64,000 bases of DNA from Okamejei kenojei. Taxonomy: Eukaryota. The notes beneath the pieces were generated by a model, which was not told the DNA's origin, did no database searches, and saw only the letters and a list, made by a program, of their open reading frames with translations. Shown here in pieces: positions 1 through 11,842 of this stretch (the first letter of the stretch is position 1; each line of letters starts with the position of its first letter). Both the position numbers and the translations under genes were made by a program. Location: the NCBI GenBank assembly GCA_035221665.1, contig CM069147.1, forward strand, positions 44,020,001-44,084,000, in the 5' to 3' direction.

Positions 1-167
1 AGGCAACAGAGAGTGGTAGTAGGATCGGAAGTGCAGAATTTCTCCAGCAGAGGTAAAAATGAAAGCAGCAAAGTCATCATCATTTATTGAAGCAGGCAGG
101 TAACAGTATAAACAAGTTCCTTAAAATAATTGCATAGAGTTATAGAAACTATGAACAATAAGTCAAT

Positions 168-696
168 AAATTGTGTGTAGGATAGAACTAGTTTACTGGT
201 GATCGCTGGCCAGCACGGACTAGGCTGGCAGAAGGGCCTATTTCCACGTTGCATCTCTAATCTAATCAAATCAAATCAAACTTTATTGTCATTTAGAAAT
301 ACATCGATAAATGCAATTCTAAATGAAATTCCGTTGCATTTGGCATTTTGCAACACAATAATAAACAGAAGGGTAAAATGGATAAAATGGATAAAAGGAT
401 AAAATGGATAAAAAGATAAAATAGATAATGGTGGCAGCCCATTACATGGCATTCAAGAGTCTGATGGCTTGTGGGAAGAAGCTGTTGCAAAACCTTGACG
501 TTATGCTACGATATCTTTTGCCCGAGGGCAGCAGAGTGAACAGTCCATGATGGAGATGTGTGGGGTCCTTCATAATACTGCTGGCCTTAGACAAGCAACA
601 TTTGCTCGCAATTGAGGGGAGAGAAGTCCCGACGATGTTTTCAGCCGTCCTCACCACTTTCTGCACGGACTAATCTAATCTAAATTTAACTAAACT
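168..696 (+). mobile_element. 3' part of an HE1-type (elasmobranch tRNA-derived) SINE, interrupted in its tail by a Rex1 insertion
   Basis: gatcgctggccagcacggac...gaagggcctatttccacgttgcatctctaa matches the 3' end of the other SINE copies in this window; the (ctaaa)-like tail resumes at 670-696. Confidence 0.75.
268..669 (-). mobile_element. 5'-truncated Rex1/Babar LINE (ORF C-terminus, 3'UTR, (TTTGA)n tail)
   Basis: ORF 442-666: IMKDPTHLHHGLFTLLPSGKRYRSI...NSFFPQAIRLLN, a typical Rex1 C-terminus; flanked by the direct repeat ctaatctaatc at 257-267 and 670-680. Confidence 0.85.
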
Positions 697-999
697 TTGA
701 AGTTAAGCCCGCTCAGCCAGTGCTAAAATGTGCATACATGAAACATTTGAGAGTGTGGTTTTCGTCACAATGGTTGTACCAGTAATCCATGGTGGGGACA
801 TGGTGCATGCTCCCACACTTAGAGTGAGATTGATGGATCAAAAGGTCCACGGGAGAGAGGAACAGTGCGGCAAGAGAAGATACAGAGCCTGCAATCAAGC
901 TCCAGGCATCCGGAGAAGTGGAATTTGTCCAAAACCTGCCGGGCGTGAATTCATTGCAGCTTGCAGTAGCACATCCTCACTCATTGTGAAAGGGAATCT

Positions 1000-1440
1000 T
1001 TACGTGGAGTGGAGACCCATGGACTGTTTCATTGAACACTTGCACTTGATCTGCCAAGGCATGCTGGATCTCCTGTTGTTAGCCATTTTAACTCCCCTTC
1101 CCATTCCTACACTGATTTTTCTGTCCTGGGCCTCCTCACTGCCAGAGTGAAACCACACGCAAACTGAAGGAACGGCACCTCATATTCTGCTTGGGCAGCT
1201 TACTACCCATTAAACTAAACATTGAATTCTACAATTTTAGGTAACCCCCCCTCCTTTCCTTCCACCCTCTTTTCTTTCCCCCTTCCCCAAACTCTGGGTG
1301 CACATCCATGTATCTGACTATCCCACTCCCCTCCCCCTTCCATGTATATCCCTCCCTCTGCCTTCATATTTCACCCCTCTCTACTTACCTAATGCCTTTT
1401 TGCCTTCTTTTCATCTCTAGCCATTGTCCACCCATCTGCC
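1000..1440 (+). mobile_element. Penelope-like element fragment (degenerate GIY-YIG endonuclease C-terminus and pyrimidine-rich 3' region)
   Basis: Frameshifted coding for HFNSPSHSYTDFSVLGLL...KLKERHLIFCLGSL..NIEFYNFR* (stop 1242-1244); homologous to 17265-17546. Confidence 0.8.
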
Positions 1441-1817
1441 AAACTAAACTAAACTTCTCCATAAGTCAATATTTGCTGAACGATCTAAGTTGAGTTCTTA
1501 GCGGTTGTGGAATAGGCTTATAGATAAGATATATTCGGAACACAGATCAGTGCAGGACCACCTGTAAAGACTTCCAATTTAGGCTTTTCCAGAAGAGGCA
1601 AAGAAGGGAGCCCAGTGGAGCTACTGGAAGCACTTGAAGAGCAGGCGTTTGGGGCCTCCACATTGCGGCGATCAGCACCTGCATCGGGGGGATGTCAGCT
1701 CTTCCCTCCGCTGATCTGGCCACAGTCAGGCAAAGAGGGAAGGGAAAACTATGAACACATTCTGTTGTAATTTGTTGTTGTGGTTGGACTCTCTAAAGGA
1801 TCCATGTACATTAATGA

Positions 1818-2875
1818 TTAGTTTAATATTGTCACGTCTTCCGAGAGAGTGAAAAGCTTTTCTTTGCGTGCTATCCAGGCAAAGAAAAGACTACATATGA
1901 ATACTTTTAAGCCATCCATAGTGCACAGATAAAGGTACAACATTTAGTGCAAGATATAACACTGGCATTGAATTCCAATTAAGTCCGACTAAAGAAAGTT
2001 CAAAGGTGTCCAATGCGGTAGATGGGAGGTCAGGACTGCACTATAGCTGATGAGAGGACGGTTCAGTTGCCTGATAACGGCTGGGAAGAAACAGTTCCTG
2101 AATCTGAAGATACTGTATGTGTTTTCAAACATTTGTATTTCCTGCCTACTTGGAGAAGGGGGAAGAGGGTAAAGCCGGTCCTAGATTATGCTTGTGGCCT
2201 TGCCGGGGCAGCGTGAAGTGTAGGCGGGGACCTCTGAACGGAATAGGGAGAGGTTAAAGAGGTCCGTGAATACTCCCACTAGCTTGTCTATGCAGGTCCT
2301 AAGGATGCAGCCCGGGACTCCATCTGGGTTAGTTGCTTTTGGTGGGTTTGCCTCAGGAAGACCGATATAACTTCTGTAACAGTGACCGTGGGAACTGGCA
2401 CTTGACTCTTGACTTGGGTCTGTCAGGACGGATTCATCATTCCGTTGGGCTTCTGTTCAAAGTGAGTCAAGAATGCATTCAGTTCACCAGAGAGAAGTGG
2501 CAGCCAGTGACGCTGCTTGATTTTCCTTTGTAACACGCTATAGTATTCAAACCTTGTCTCAGTCAACCCTAGGTATTCGAGTGATTATGCTGGGACTCTA
2601 GTTTGTCCCGATATTGCCCCTTGGCATTCCTGACCGTTTTGCAAAATCATGGAATGATTTCTTGTATCACTCAGGATCATTTCACGTAAGCAGTGGTCTT
2701 GGCCTTTGTTTGACTTGTATACAACGGCCTTGGACTTCACCCGATGGATCTCATGGTTCGTCCACGGTTTGTGGTTGGGAAACGCTTGGATAGTCTTCTT
2801 TGGCAGGCACTCCTCTATGTACCTCCTGATGACGTCTGTCACGGCAGTAGCCTAAGTGTTCAGCTCTGCTGCAGA
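1818..2875 (-). mobile_element. Rex1/Babar LINE with an internal deletion of the RT core
   Basis: Minus strand encodes EECLPKKTIQAFPNHKPW and KATNPDGVPGCILRTCIDKLVGVFTDLFNLSL, joined directly to the C-terminal YTSRCPGKATSII; 3'UTR resembles the other Rex1 copies here. Confidence 0.8.
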
Positions 2876-3878
2876 TTATATTGAAGTCAGGCAAATGGTT
2901 CAAATGGTGGAGTCACATCAGGATGATTGTAATCTCAGAGGCAGATTCAAAAGCCAGTGAGTTGAGAGGCTTTTGTAAATAGGATGACAGCCTCAAATTA
3001 TTGATTACATTGACTAACGCCAAATGTCACACTCGAATCATGTCTTTCTGTTTGTAAAATGTTTGTCATTGAAAGATAATTGTGTTTGAAAAATCTCAAA
3101 AGAGTAGAGACAGATCCACGGTGTCTACTTGAACCACATTGTGGCACATCCCTGTGTTTCTTTCACACAGGCTTCATGGCAGTAGAATCTGACCGCGGAT
3201 CTCAGTGTAAGATCTTAGGTCAGTAATTGAACAAGTTGACATGCCAAATGGACTACATTGTGCAAAGTTTCCTCCAGTATCAAACGGAACTGCGAGGCTT
3301 CTGAATGTACATCTCCATCAAGTAAAGCGATGACCACTTGCAGCTGCTTCCTAAGTATTCCTTTGAATCAAGTGGAGATTATGAAGTGTCCTTCTGATTT
3401 CATTGAGCAGGCTTGGTATTTTGTATTGTCCTGATCCTAACTATCCATTCATGTACTTGACTGCAGGCATTTTTGTTTAAGTGGACCATTTGCTGAACAC
3501 CTGTAAGGTTTGCAAATGGGCAGAACTGTGTGCCACAAAGGTATTCAGCCCCTGAGATGAATTCACGATGCAGCAGGTGTTATGTTTGAAAAATGACGGC
3601 CGTGTACAACGAGGGGTGACGTTCATGTTTTTTTTTTTTTTTTTCAAGACTGGACAACAATGACAAATGGACGTTTGATTGAGCCAAAGGTTCTGAAAAG
3701 AAAAATAAATTGTAGAAGTGTCTGGCTGAAACTAAAAGGACTGAGGTACCTACAGCCTGCTGTTTACGGGAGAGACATTCTGCATCCATTTTAAGCTCTG
3801 TAACTTTTTGAAAATTATTCCACATCGCCATGTGGCTGCAATGGATAGGAGCTGAAACTGATTGTCTCACCGTGACTG

Positions 3879-3940
3879 AAGACAATTTGTCAGCTTCTGT
3901 CGTCGTTTAAAGACAATTTGTTGGATTCTGTTGTCGTTTA
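3879..3940. repeat. Imperfect 31-bp tandem duplication
   Basis: aagacaatttgtcagcttctgtcgtcgttta / aagacaatttgttggattctgttgtcgttta. Confidence 0.8.
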
Positions 3941-4237
3941 AATGATTTTGTTTGAGCAATCTAACAATCCATGAGTTGATATTGTGAGGCTTTTGTAAAC
4001 CATCTCAGGCTTTGCAGCACCTTCTGGGAGGTGTGCTCCTTGGGATGGCCTTGCACAGAGTAGCAGTTACTGAGGGTTTAAACCGAGTATTTCCTCACCC
4101 CATTCCTCCTCCTATTTGTTTTCCCAATGTTACAGCCAGCATCTTGGCTGTTGCTCTTTCCTCTGCTTCATCTCAACAGGCAATGGCAAGGCCAGTCTGA
4201 TAACAAGCAATCCAGTGCACAGTCATGCATTAGGGAG

Positions 4238-4370
4238 GTGTAGGAAGAAACTGCTGATGCTGGTTTACACCGAAGATAGACACAAAATGCTGGAGTAACT
4301 CAGCGGGTCAGGCAGCTTCTCTGGAGGGATGGAACGGGTGACAATTCAGGTCGAGACCATTCTTCAGACT
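4238..4370 (-). mobile_element. Penelope terminal-repeat (pLTR) short unit with degenerate hammerhead core
   Basis: gtgtaggaagaaactgctgatgctggtttacaccgaagatagacac...tcttcagact; same sequence as the 3' end of the GIY-YIG-bearing copies. Confidence 0.8.
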
Positions 4371-4848
4371 AATGACTGGTAAATATTCCAGTGTGCCACC
4401 AGTGTGCAGACAGTGAGCTGTCCTGACATGGTTTCCATGAAGCTCCCGCTGTTGACATCATGCTCAATATGAAATTGATCAACTGAAGTTTCTCAACTCT
4501 GTCCGAATGGAGCAGTCATCTGAGTATGAGATGATTCTTGTCCATCGAACAAATTCCCATTTATGTTGTAGATTAGTTCCATGACAATGGGAATCTTGTT
4601 GGAATATTGTGGTGAGAAAGGTTGATTGAAAATGATTGAGCAATGATACATTCTTTCCTTGACCTTATTTTGCATTTTGAAGACGTCTCAGGTAGACCTG
4701 TTGGTTAGAATTAATTTAACAGAAGCAAATTTCTGAAAGCAGCCAAACTTGACAATGTTTCGCCACAATCCCTCTTGGTTGACAGTGTTAAATGCTTATA
4801 TGAAGTAATGCAAGGTATGGTATGGAGGCACGCAATAGTGCTTAATAC

Positions 4849-5133
4849 TTTAGTTTAGTCTAGAGATAAAATGCGTAAACAGTCCCTTTGGCCCACCAAG
4901 TCCACACTCGCACTATCCTACACACACTAGGAACAATTTACACACTTTACCAAAACCAATTGACCTACAAACCTGTATGTCTTTGGAGTCTGGGAGGAAA
5001 CCAGAGGACTTGGAGAAAACGCAAGCCATCATGGAGAGAATGTACAATCTCTACATATAGCACCCATAGTCAGGATCGTACCTGGGTCTCTGGTGCTGTA
5101 AGGCAGCAACTTTATTACTGCACCACAATGTCC
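4849..5133 (-). mobile_element. HE1-type SINE
   Basis: (tttag)n tail, conserved central domain (ctttggagtctgggaggaaacc), tRNA-like head at the right end. Confidence 0.85.
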
Positions 5134-5706
5134 AGTGAACAAATGCCTACTCATACCATCTCCTACATTTTGCTTGGAGTTGTTGTACATTTTTCTAGGT
5201 CTGTTGGTGGATATAATGTAAATTATGAGATGGGGAACTGATCTGCAGCCACTAGTTGGAGCTAGTTAAAGACGAGCCTTGCAATAACCACTATGGCAGA
5301 TAGCTGGAGAGGCTTCTGTAGATACTGTACTCGGATTAATCTTCTTTCTTCAGACAACTTCACTCCAGAACCAAGGTCACTCAAATCTCACTCATCAATC
5401 TGCAGTACCCAGGTGTCACCTTTCTCTGCCCACAATTGGAACTCCAGGTTGGGTGATATTGAGACTGAAAAAATAGCACTAGTGATCATGAAAATCTTGA
5501 CCAAAAATGAGCTGGCTACAAACCGACTCAGAAACCACTAAATAGAGTTTAGAACATAGAACACTACAGCACTGGAAGAGTTGGCCCACAATGTCTATGT
5601 CAAACATGATGCCAAATTAAATTAATCTCATCAATTTGAATCTGATACATATCTCTTAATTCCCTGCACATTCATGTTCCCGTCTAAATACCTGTTAAAT
5701 GTCACT

Positions 5707-5928
5707 GTGTAGGAAGGAACTGCAGATGCTGGTTTAAGCCAAAGATAGACACAAAAAGCTTCAGTAACTCAATGGGACAAGCAACATCTCTGGCTAGAAG
5801 GAATGGGTGGCTTTTCGGGTAGAGAACCTTCTTCAGAGTAGTTAGGGATAAGGGAAACGAGAGATGCAGACTGTGATGTAGAGAGATAAAAAACAATGAA
5901 TGAAAGAAATGCAATAAAAGTAATGATG
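5707..5928 (-). mobile_element. Penelope 3' end (pLTR unit plus upstream sequence) with 10-bp TSD
   Basis: pLTR consensus at 5707-5838; direct repeat aaatgtcact at 5697-5706 and 5929-5938. Confidence 0.85.
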
Positions 5929-6287
5929 AAATGTCACTATCATGTCTGCTTCCAGCACTTTCCAGGCACCTAGCACTTTCTGTGTAAAAAAAAAACCTGC
6001 TCCGCATATTTCCTGTAAACGTCCCCCCACTGACCTTTAAGCCATGCCTTCCAGTATTTGACATTTCTACCCTGGAGAAAATAATCTATGTTCCTTATCA
6101 ATGTCTATCATAATGTTATAAACTTCTATCAGGTCTTCCCTCAACCCGCAATGTTCCAGAGAAAACAATTTAACCCTGTTCAACCTCTCCTTATAGCTAA
6201 TATCCTCTAATCCCAATAGCATTTCGTCAAATCTCTGCACCCCTTCTGAAGCCTTTACATCCTTCTTTTAAAAGGGGCGACCAGAAC

Positions 6288-6481
6288 GGATGAACAAAGG
6301 AGAAAGACTGACAAAGTTATTATCTTCCACCACAGTGAAGAAGTTGATTCCACTGTGGTGGATGTTCATGGTGTATTCTATTGTGTATTGTACTCTTGTG
6401 TTTGTATGGCTGCATGGCAAATCAAATTCCACTGTACCTCAATTGGTGCATGTGGCAATGAATGTGAACTTGAACTTGAAC
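6288..6481 (+). mobile_element. Short LINE 3'UTR fragment (Rex1-like) with (TTGAAC)n tail nested in CR1
   Basis: Interrupts the CR1 sequence ccagaac|tgcacacaatactcc; ends ...ttccactgtacctcaattggtgcatgtggcaatgaatgtgaacttgaacttgaac. Confidence 0.65.
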
Positions 6482-6794
6482 TGCACACAATACTCCAAAG
6501 TTTTAGGCAGCTGCAACATGACTTCCTGACTTTTATACTCAATGCGTGGATCAACGAAGGCAAGCAGACCTCACACCTCCTTTCCCATCTTATGTATTTA
6601 CAAAGCTCACTCAAAACCGATTCACACCTACATTTAGGTGATTTTTCATCTTTCCAGCACTGTTTTGATGGGTATTGCACAGATGAGTTTAATGACCAAG
6701 TTATTTGTGTAGTTCTTTGTCAACATCTCACCTAGATAGTTCAAGGTCAATCCACAAATTATAGCAAAAAATGAAATAAGCCAAATCAATAGAA

Positions 6795-7095
6795 GGGCAA
6801 ACAGTGGTGCAGCTGATAGAGGTGCTGCCTCACAGCACCACAGACCTCAGCTCGATCCCGACCTCGGGTGCTGTCTTGGTGGAGTTTTCACGTTCCTCTT
6901 GGGACCATGTGAGTTTCCTCTGTGTCTTCTGGTTTCCTCTCACATCGCAAAGACATGTAGGCCTATTGGCCTCTGTAAATTGCCTTTAGTGGGTAGGGGG
7001 TGGATGCAAAAGCGGAATAACACAGAACCAGCGTGAATGGGTGATCAATGTATGGCATGGAATCGGTGGGCTGAAGGGCCTGTTTCCATACTGCT
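6795..7095 (+). mobile_element. HE1-type SINE
   Basis: A-box-like gtggtgcagctga, B-box-like gctcgatccc, central domain, 3' gaagggcctgtttcc. Confidence 0.85.
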
Positions 7096-8149
7096 TTACC
7101 CGATTATTCAATGGTCCATGGTTCAATTATCGTATCATTAGTTAAGAAAATGCATTTACTGAGAATAGAGAGGAGAACAAACATCTTGTCAGCCCATTCA
7201 ATTCAATACCATTTAGATTTATGTTCAGACTCTTATCATATACTCCATGTACCTTTAACCAAGACTTCTCAATGAGATAATTATGGTTGCCTTAAATGTA
7301 GCTTAATCCCAACAGAAAACTCCATGCATATGCATACCTTTGTAAATCACCATATAGTTGTGACCAGTTATGCTTTAAAAAAATTAATATAAGATGATTT
7401 CGTATTCAATTATATGTAGGCATTCATCAGTACCTTTGGCCATCTACATTAAGAGCTCAGCACACAAGGAAGCCATCTAACCCATCAATGAGTTTTCCAA
7501 TTAATCCTCTGGTGTAGAAAATTATATTTCCCCGTCATTTTCACTTATCTTTAAATTGTGTTTAAAATTTGATGCCATCCATACAAACTATTGAACACAA
7601 ATGTCAGAATAATGCAATTATGGGAAACAAGAAAACAAAATTATATCTGCAAAGATGTGAGTATCAAATCTGCAACAATATTCCACCAACAAAATATTGG
7701 TGCAGTCTGTCAGAAAACAAATTTGCTTTTTATAAACTGAGGATATTTTACGATAAAGTAAATGCATGTTTAAAAAAAAGGGTAAACCCACTCTCTAAAC
7801 GGCATGTATTATGTCAAGGATTTATCCCACAAACTCATAATTGTTAACATGTTGATTCCAACCTGTGAATGAATACATCTAAATCAATTAATTAAAAATG
7901 CAAAGTACCTTTAATTAAAAGTAATTAAAATGAACTATCGACTCCAGCTCTTCTGCCAGATCCACTATTCTGGAATTCTGCCAACACTCAGAGCTGCAGC
8001 TGTGTGTTCTTTGCCACTGGTTGACTGTTTATTACATACCAATCAAAGGCCTATGTGTTTTGAGTTACTGTTGCATTTGACTACATTTTCTGCCTCTGAT
8101 CTGTCTGACGCAATACGGATTTTTTTTTAAAATCGAGAATAATTAAAGA

Positions 8150-9400
8150 TTCAAAATTTAATTAACGCACCATTGTTACCATTTTGTTTTTGTAGAGTTG
8201 CCCATATCATCATACTTTATATTTACTGTTTGGCACAGAGGTTTCTACAGCAGCTGAATTTTACAGTGTGTGATGGGGAAGGAATCAAATGTTGTTTGCA
8301 TGATAGATGTACCTGTTTAATTGGAAATGTAATTGCTAATGAGTTGATAGAAAAAGCCATTTGATGATGTAAATATGCATGTTTTGCTAATGCCAGCTGT
8401 ATATTCTTTATCACAGAACAAGTACTTGGACTTGTCAAACAAGAGTATCTTCAACCTACTCGATTTATCAACCTGCTCTTAGTGAACGTGTGATTTAAAG
8501 CGCCTCTGATCTTCATTCTTTGTGCTAACTGGCATTTACCACGTCCGAGCCTAAGGTAACCTCTTTCCTTTGATCATATCGGTTTTGCTGGTTGTTTTAT
8601 TTTTCGACCTAGCTTTGAAATGCAACACGGAAAGAAGTGAATTTAAATAATGGCCTGGATATTGTTGTGTGGCAAAAATATTTGCCATTCATCTTGCGTA
8701 CCGTTGTCCAAAGAGTCTTCATGGGGTTGTCAGCAGAGAAGGCGGGTAATGTAGCATCTAATCCAGCGTGGAGCTCTCTGCAGACTACACATGGTGCCTG
8801 TGACTAGGGAAAATGGGAAGGTGATCTTCAACCAGTCAATTTGACGGCACATGCAGGAAAAAAGAAACTTGAAAAATAGGAAGATAAATTGCAAAGGAGT
8901 AATGTAAAGACTAAGACTTGTGCATGGACTTAAGGAAGAATATATATCCAAATAGACAATAGCACACAATGTATTTAATTATGCCTAATTTATATCTGAG
9001 GGCATGAGATTGCAATGTCTTAAAATTAATTTTCAGAGCAACGGTCAATGGTAATTATCGCTCGTTACACCTTTAAGAGACATTCGGGCAAAAGTCATTA
9101 TGTGTTATGTTTGCAGATGTCTTTAGCATATGTATAAAGTTCATCGCAGTGAATTCTGTGTTAAACCCGCTTCTGTGAGAAGACTGCACCAGTGGGTTCA
9201 ATGGACCAACAGGGTATCTTTGACAGCAGCTACAGAATTCTGTAGTTAATAGATGGCACAGGTTGTTGTCCTGTCAGTTTTATCCTGTAGTGAAGGTGAG
9301 CGTTGACAGCCTTAGCATAATTAGTACAACACATTATGCTCATTGCCTTCTCTCATTTCTCAAAGTTATCCCGAATAAATGCACAAGGAAAAAATAATTT
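8150..9400. promoter_or_regulatory. Candidate conserved non-coding enhancer block
   Basis: Free of recognisable repeats; many TAAT motifs; three TGACAG/CTGTCA motifs at 9221, 9271 and 9304. Conservation not testable here. Confidence 0.4.
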
Positions 9401-10070
9401 TGAAATGCAAGCATTCGCCTTAAGTAGCTTCTCATTCTCCAGTTGTATAGAATTCTAACAGGAGAGAGGCATTGAAACTCCATTGGCTTCATAACTGTTT
9501 TTTTTTACCTGCTTGATCAAGAAATGGTTAACGTAAAAAAAAATTGCTCATTTTAAAATGGGATAAATAAACATTGCTAAATATCATTAGCATAAAAAAT
9601 TCTTGTCACCTTCCTTGAAATGGAAATTTTTCATTTTAATAATGACAATTTTTTATATTCATAATTAATGCCACTCTCCAGGGTATCGGTTGATTTTTAT
9701 TATTAATTAATAGATCCTCAATTACTCATGGATTTATTGGGAGATAGAAAAAAATAATTCATCACAGTTTGAGATAATTGTCGAAAAATTGACCCAAAGT
9801 TCACTGAATTATTTCTTCTGCATCATATAATTTCTTCTGTCTGTGAAAATGATTTCTCCCTTGTGTTCACAAGTTAGCAATTATATTAAAAAATAGACAG
9901 GTAATGGTAAAGAAATGTATGTGTTGGAATGAACCTTTATCTCAGTTCATAATTCATAATGATGGTGTCCAAGTTTCTTCAGGAGAATTTATTTACTTGC
10001 TGCACAAAGTTATGTGTAGGCTCGGTTTAGGGAAATATAGCGCAAAGGTAAGTACATGCTTAGTGTACAT

Positions 10071-10715
10071 TTTAGTTTAGTTTAGAGACACAGTGCGGGA
10101 ACAGGCCCTTCGTACCACATAGTCTGCACCAACCAGCGATCCCCGCACATTAACACTACCCTACACGCACTGGAGACAATTTTTATATTTATACATTAAT
10201 ACCAAGCCAATGAATCTACAAAGCTGCACATCTTTGGAGTGTGGGAGAAAAACAAAGATCTCGGAGAAAATCCATGCAGGTCACGGGGAGAACATACAAA
10301 CTCCGTACAGGCAAGCACCTGTAGTCAGGATTGAACCCGGGTCTCTGGCACTGTAAAGGCCCTGTCCCACTTCCCCGAGTTACTCACAAACTCTACCTAG
10401 TTTTCCCCTTGATTCGAACTCAGAGAATTACGGTAATAGCCATTCGTAGGTACTCGGGGTTATTTTTTTTTTACTCGTGGACATTTTTCAACATGTTGAA
10501 AAAACGTTCTGACTTACCTGATGCCCTGAGTTCCTACGGCTGGCATTACGAGCCGCTACGAAACATCTATGGACTCCTACGGGCTTCTACGTGCTCGCTA
10601 CCGACATTCCCCGAGTTCGAATCAAGGGGAAAACGCGGGAGAGTTCGTGAGTAACTCGGGAAAGTGGGACAGGCCCTTAAGGCAGTAGCGGTACCGCTAG
10701 GCCACCATGCCACCC
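10071..10715 (-). mobile_element. HE1-type SINE interrupted by a MITE
   Basis: (tttag)n tail at 10071; full central domain; head ctgtaa|ggcag split by the 10357-10677 insertion. Confidence 0.9.
10357..10677. mobile_element. PIF/Harbinger-type MITE
   Basis: TIRs aggccctgtcccacttccccgagttactcac / gtgagtaactcgggaaagtgggacaggccct; TAA duplicated at 10354-10356 and 10678-10680; no coding capacity. Confidence 0.9.
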
Positions 10716-10954
10716 TAAATGTAATCATATTAACACTGGCATGAACCCAATGGGCCCGAGTTGTTTCTTTTAACATTTCTATAGTTTATATCTAACATTA
10801 TAGCACTTTCAAAACTGAACTTACTGCACCATTCCTACTGTAGGTAATTAGCCCTGATTTTGGACATAAATTGGGCTAAATGGTAAATTATTTGTTTTTT
10901 TTTTGTCTGGAATTAACAAAAGATGGTTAATGGGAGTTCAATGTCTAAAGAGCA

Positions 10955-11116
10955 TTGATCTCCGCGCGCAGGTGTCGTGCGAAGATTTTGTGAATCACGA
11001 CATCCTGGGGTGCCGCGCGCAACTGCGCGTCACTGCCTACATCACCACGCACCATGCGCGCGTAATGCACACCATGCGCGCATCGTGTATCGTGACGCGT
11101 AAATTATGTCGCTTAA
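10955..11116. repeat. Short CpG-rich segment, probably an internal fragment of a young DNA transposon or MITE
   Basis: Abrupt cluster of cgcg/gcgc motifs with internal repeats (caccatgcgcgc x2) in an AT-rich background; no TIRs seen. Confidence 0.4.
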
Positions 11117-11396
11117 GGTTATGGAAACAATAGGGAGTACAATAGAGATGAAATCAAGACTCCAAGCAAAGACACTGGTCCACTTTTTGCAAATAATACA
11201 CCCTACTCAAAATGTGGGAATGGGTTAGGGTTAGGCTTGGCGTCATGTGTCCATTTTTAGTACACATCAGTCAGACGCTAAGTTGATGACGATGTTCAGA
11301 TGTGCGGACTAAATATTCAGCAGACTGTGTAGGCAAATCGCGAGTTAATTCAGACAGCGGCACTCATTGTTTGACATTCTGAAGCTCACAATTCTC

Positions 11397-11842
11397 TCAT
11401 GTTCATTAGTTCTTCCGTTCTAGAAGCATAATAAGGCCATTCAGCGCATCAAGTCTACTCCACCATTTAATCATGGATGATCTTTTTCCCTCTCAACCCC
11501 ATTCTCCTGCCTTCTCCTCATAACCCCTGACACCTGTACTAATTAAACATCTGTCAATCTCTGCCTTATAAATATCCATTCACTTGGCCTCCACAGCGGT
11601 CTGTGCCAATGAATTCCACAAATTCACCACCCTCTGACTAAAGACATTTCATTATCTCCTTTCTAAAGGTACATCCTTTTATTCTGAGGCAATGGCCTCG
11701 GGTCCTAGTCTCCCACTAGTGGAAACATCCTCTCCGTATTCACTATATCCAGGCCTTTCACTATTCGATAAGTTTCAATGAGGTTCCCCTTCATCCAGCA
11801 AGTACAGGCCCAGTGCCGTCAAATACTCATCATATGTTACCC
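11397..11842 (-). mobile_element. CR1/HER1-type LINE 3' fragment
   Basis: Minus strand encodes SQRVVNLWNSLAQTAVEAK and carries the CR1 3' tail (aggccattcagcgcatcaagtc...aatcatggatgatc). Confidence 0.85.

Larger units (their letters stand above)
5550..6590 (-). mobile_element. CR1/HER1-type LINE 3' fragment carrying two nested insertions
   Basis: Minus strand encodes TGRHGLKVSGGTFTGNMRSRFFF.TQKVLGAW (CR1 C-terminus) and ends in a (ttcta)n-type tail; colinear sequence is restored when 5707-5928 and 6288-6481 are removed. Confidence 0.8.

Noticed and set aside
372-428. (taaaatgga)n minisatellite
   Set aside because: Simple expansion inside the Rex1 3'UTR; no independent significance.
728-1150. 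140-aa ORF
   Set aside because: Its 3' half is an off-frame reading of the Penelope GIY-YIG remnant; no recognisable protein.
11222-11235. gggttagggttagg telomere-like repeat
   Set aside because: Only about 2 units; too short to call an interstitial telomeric array.
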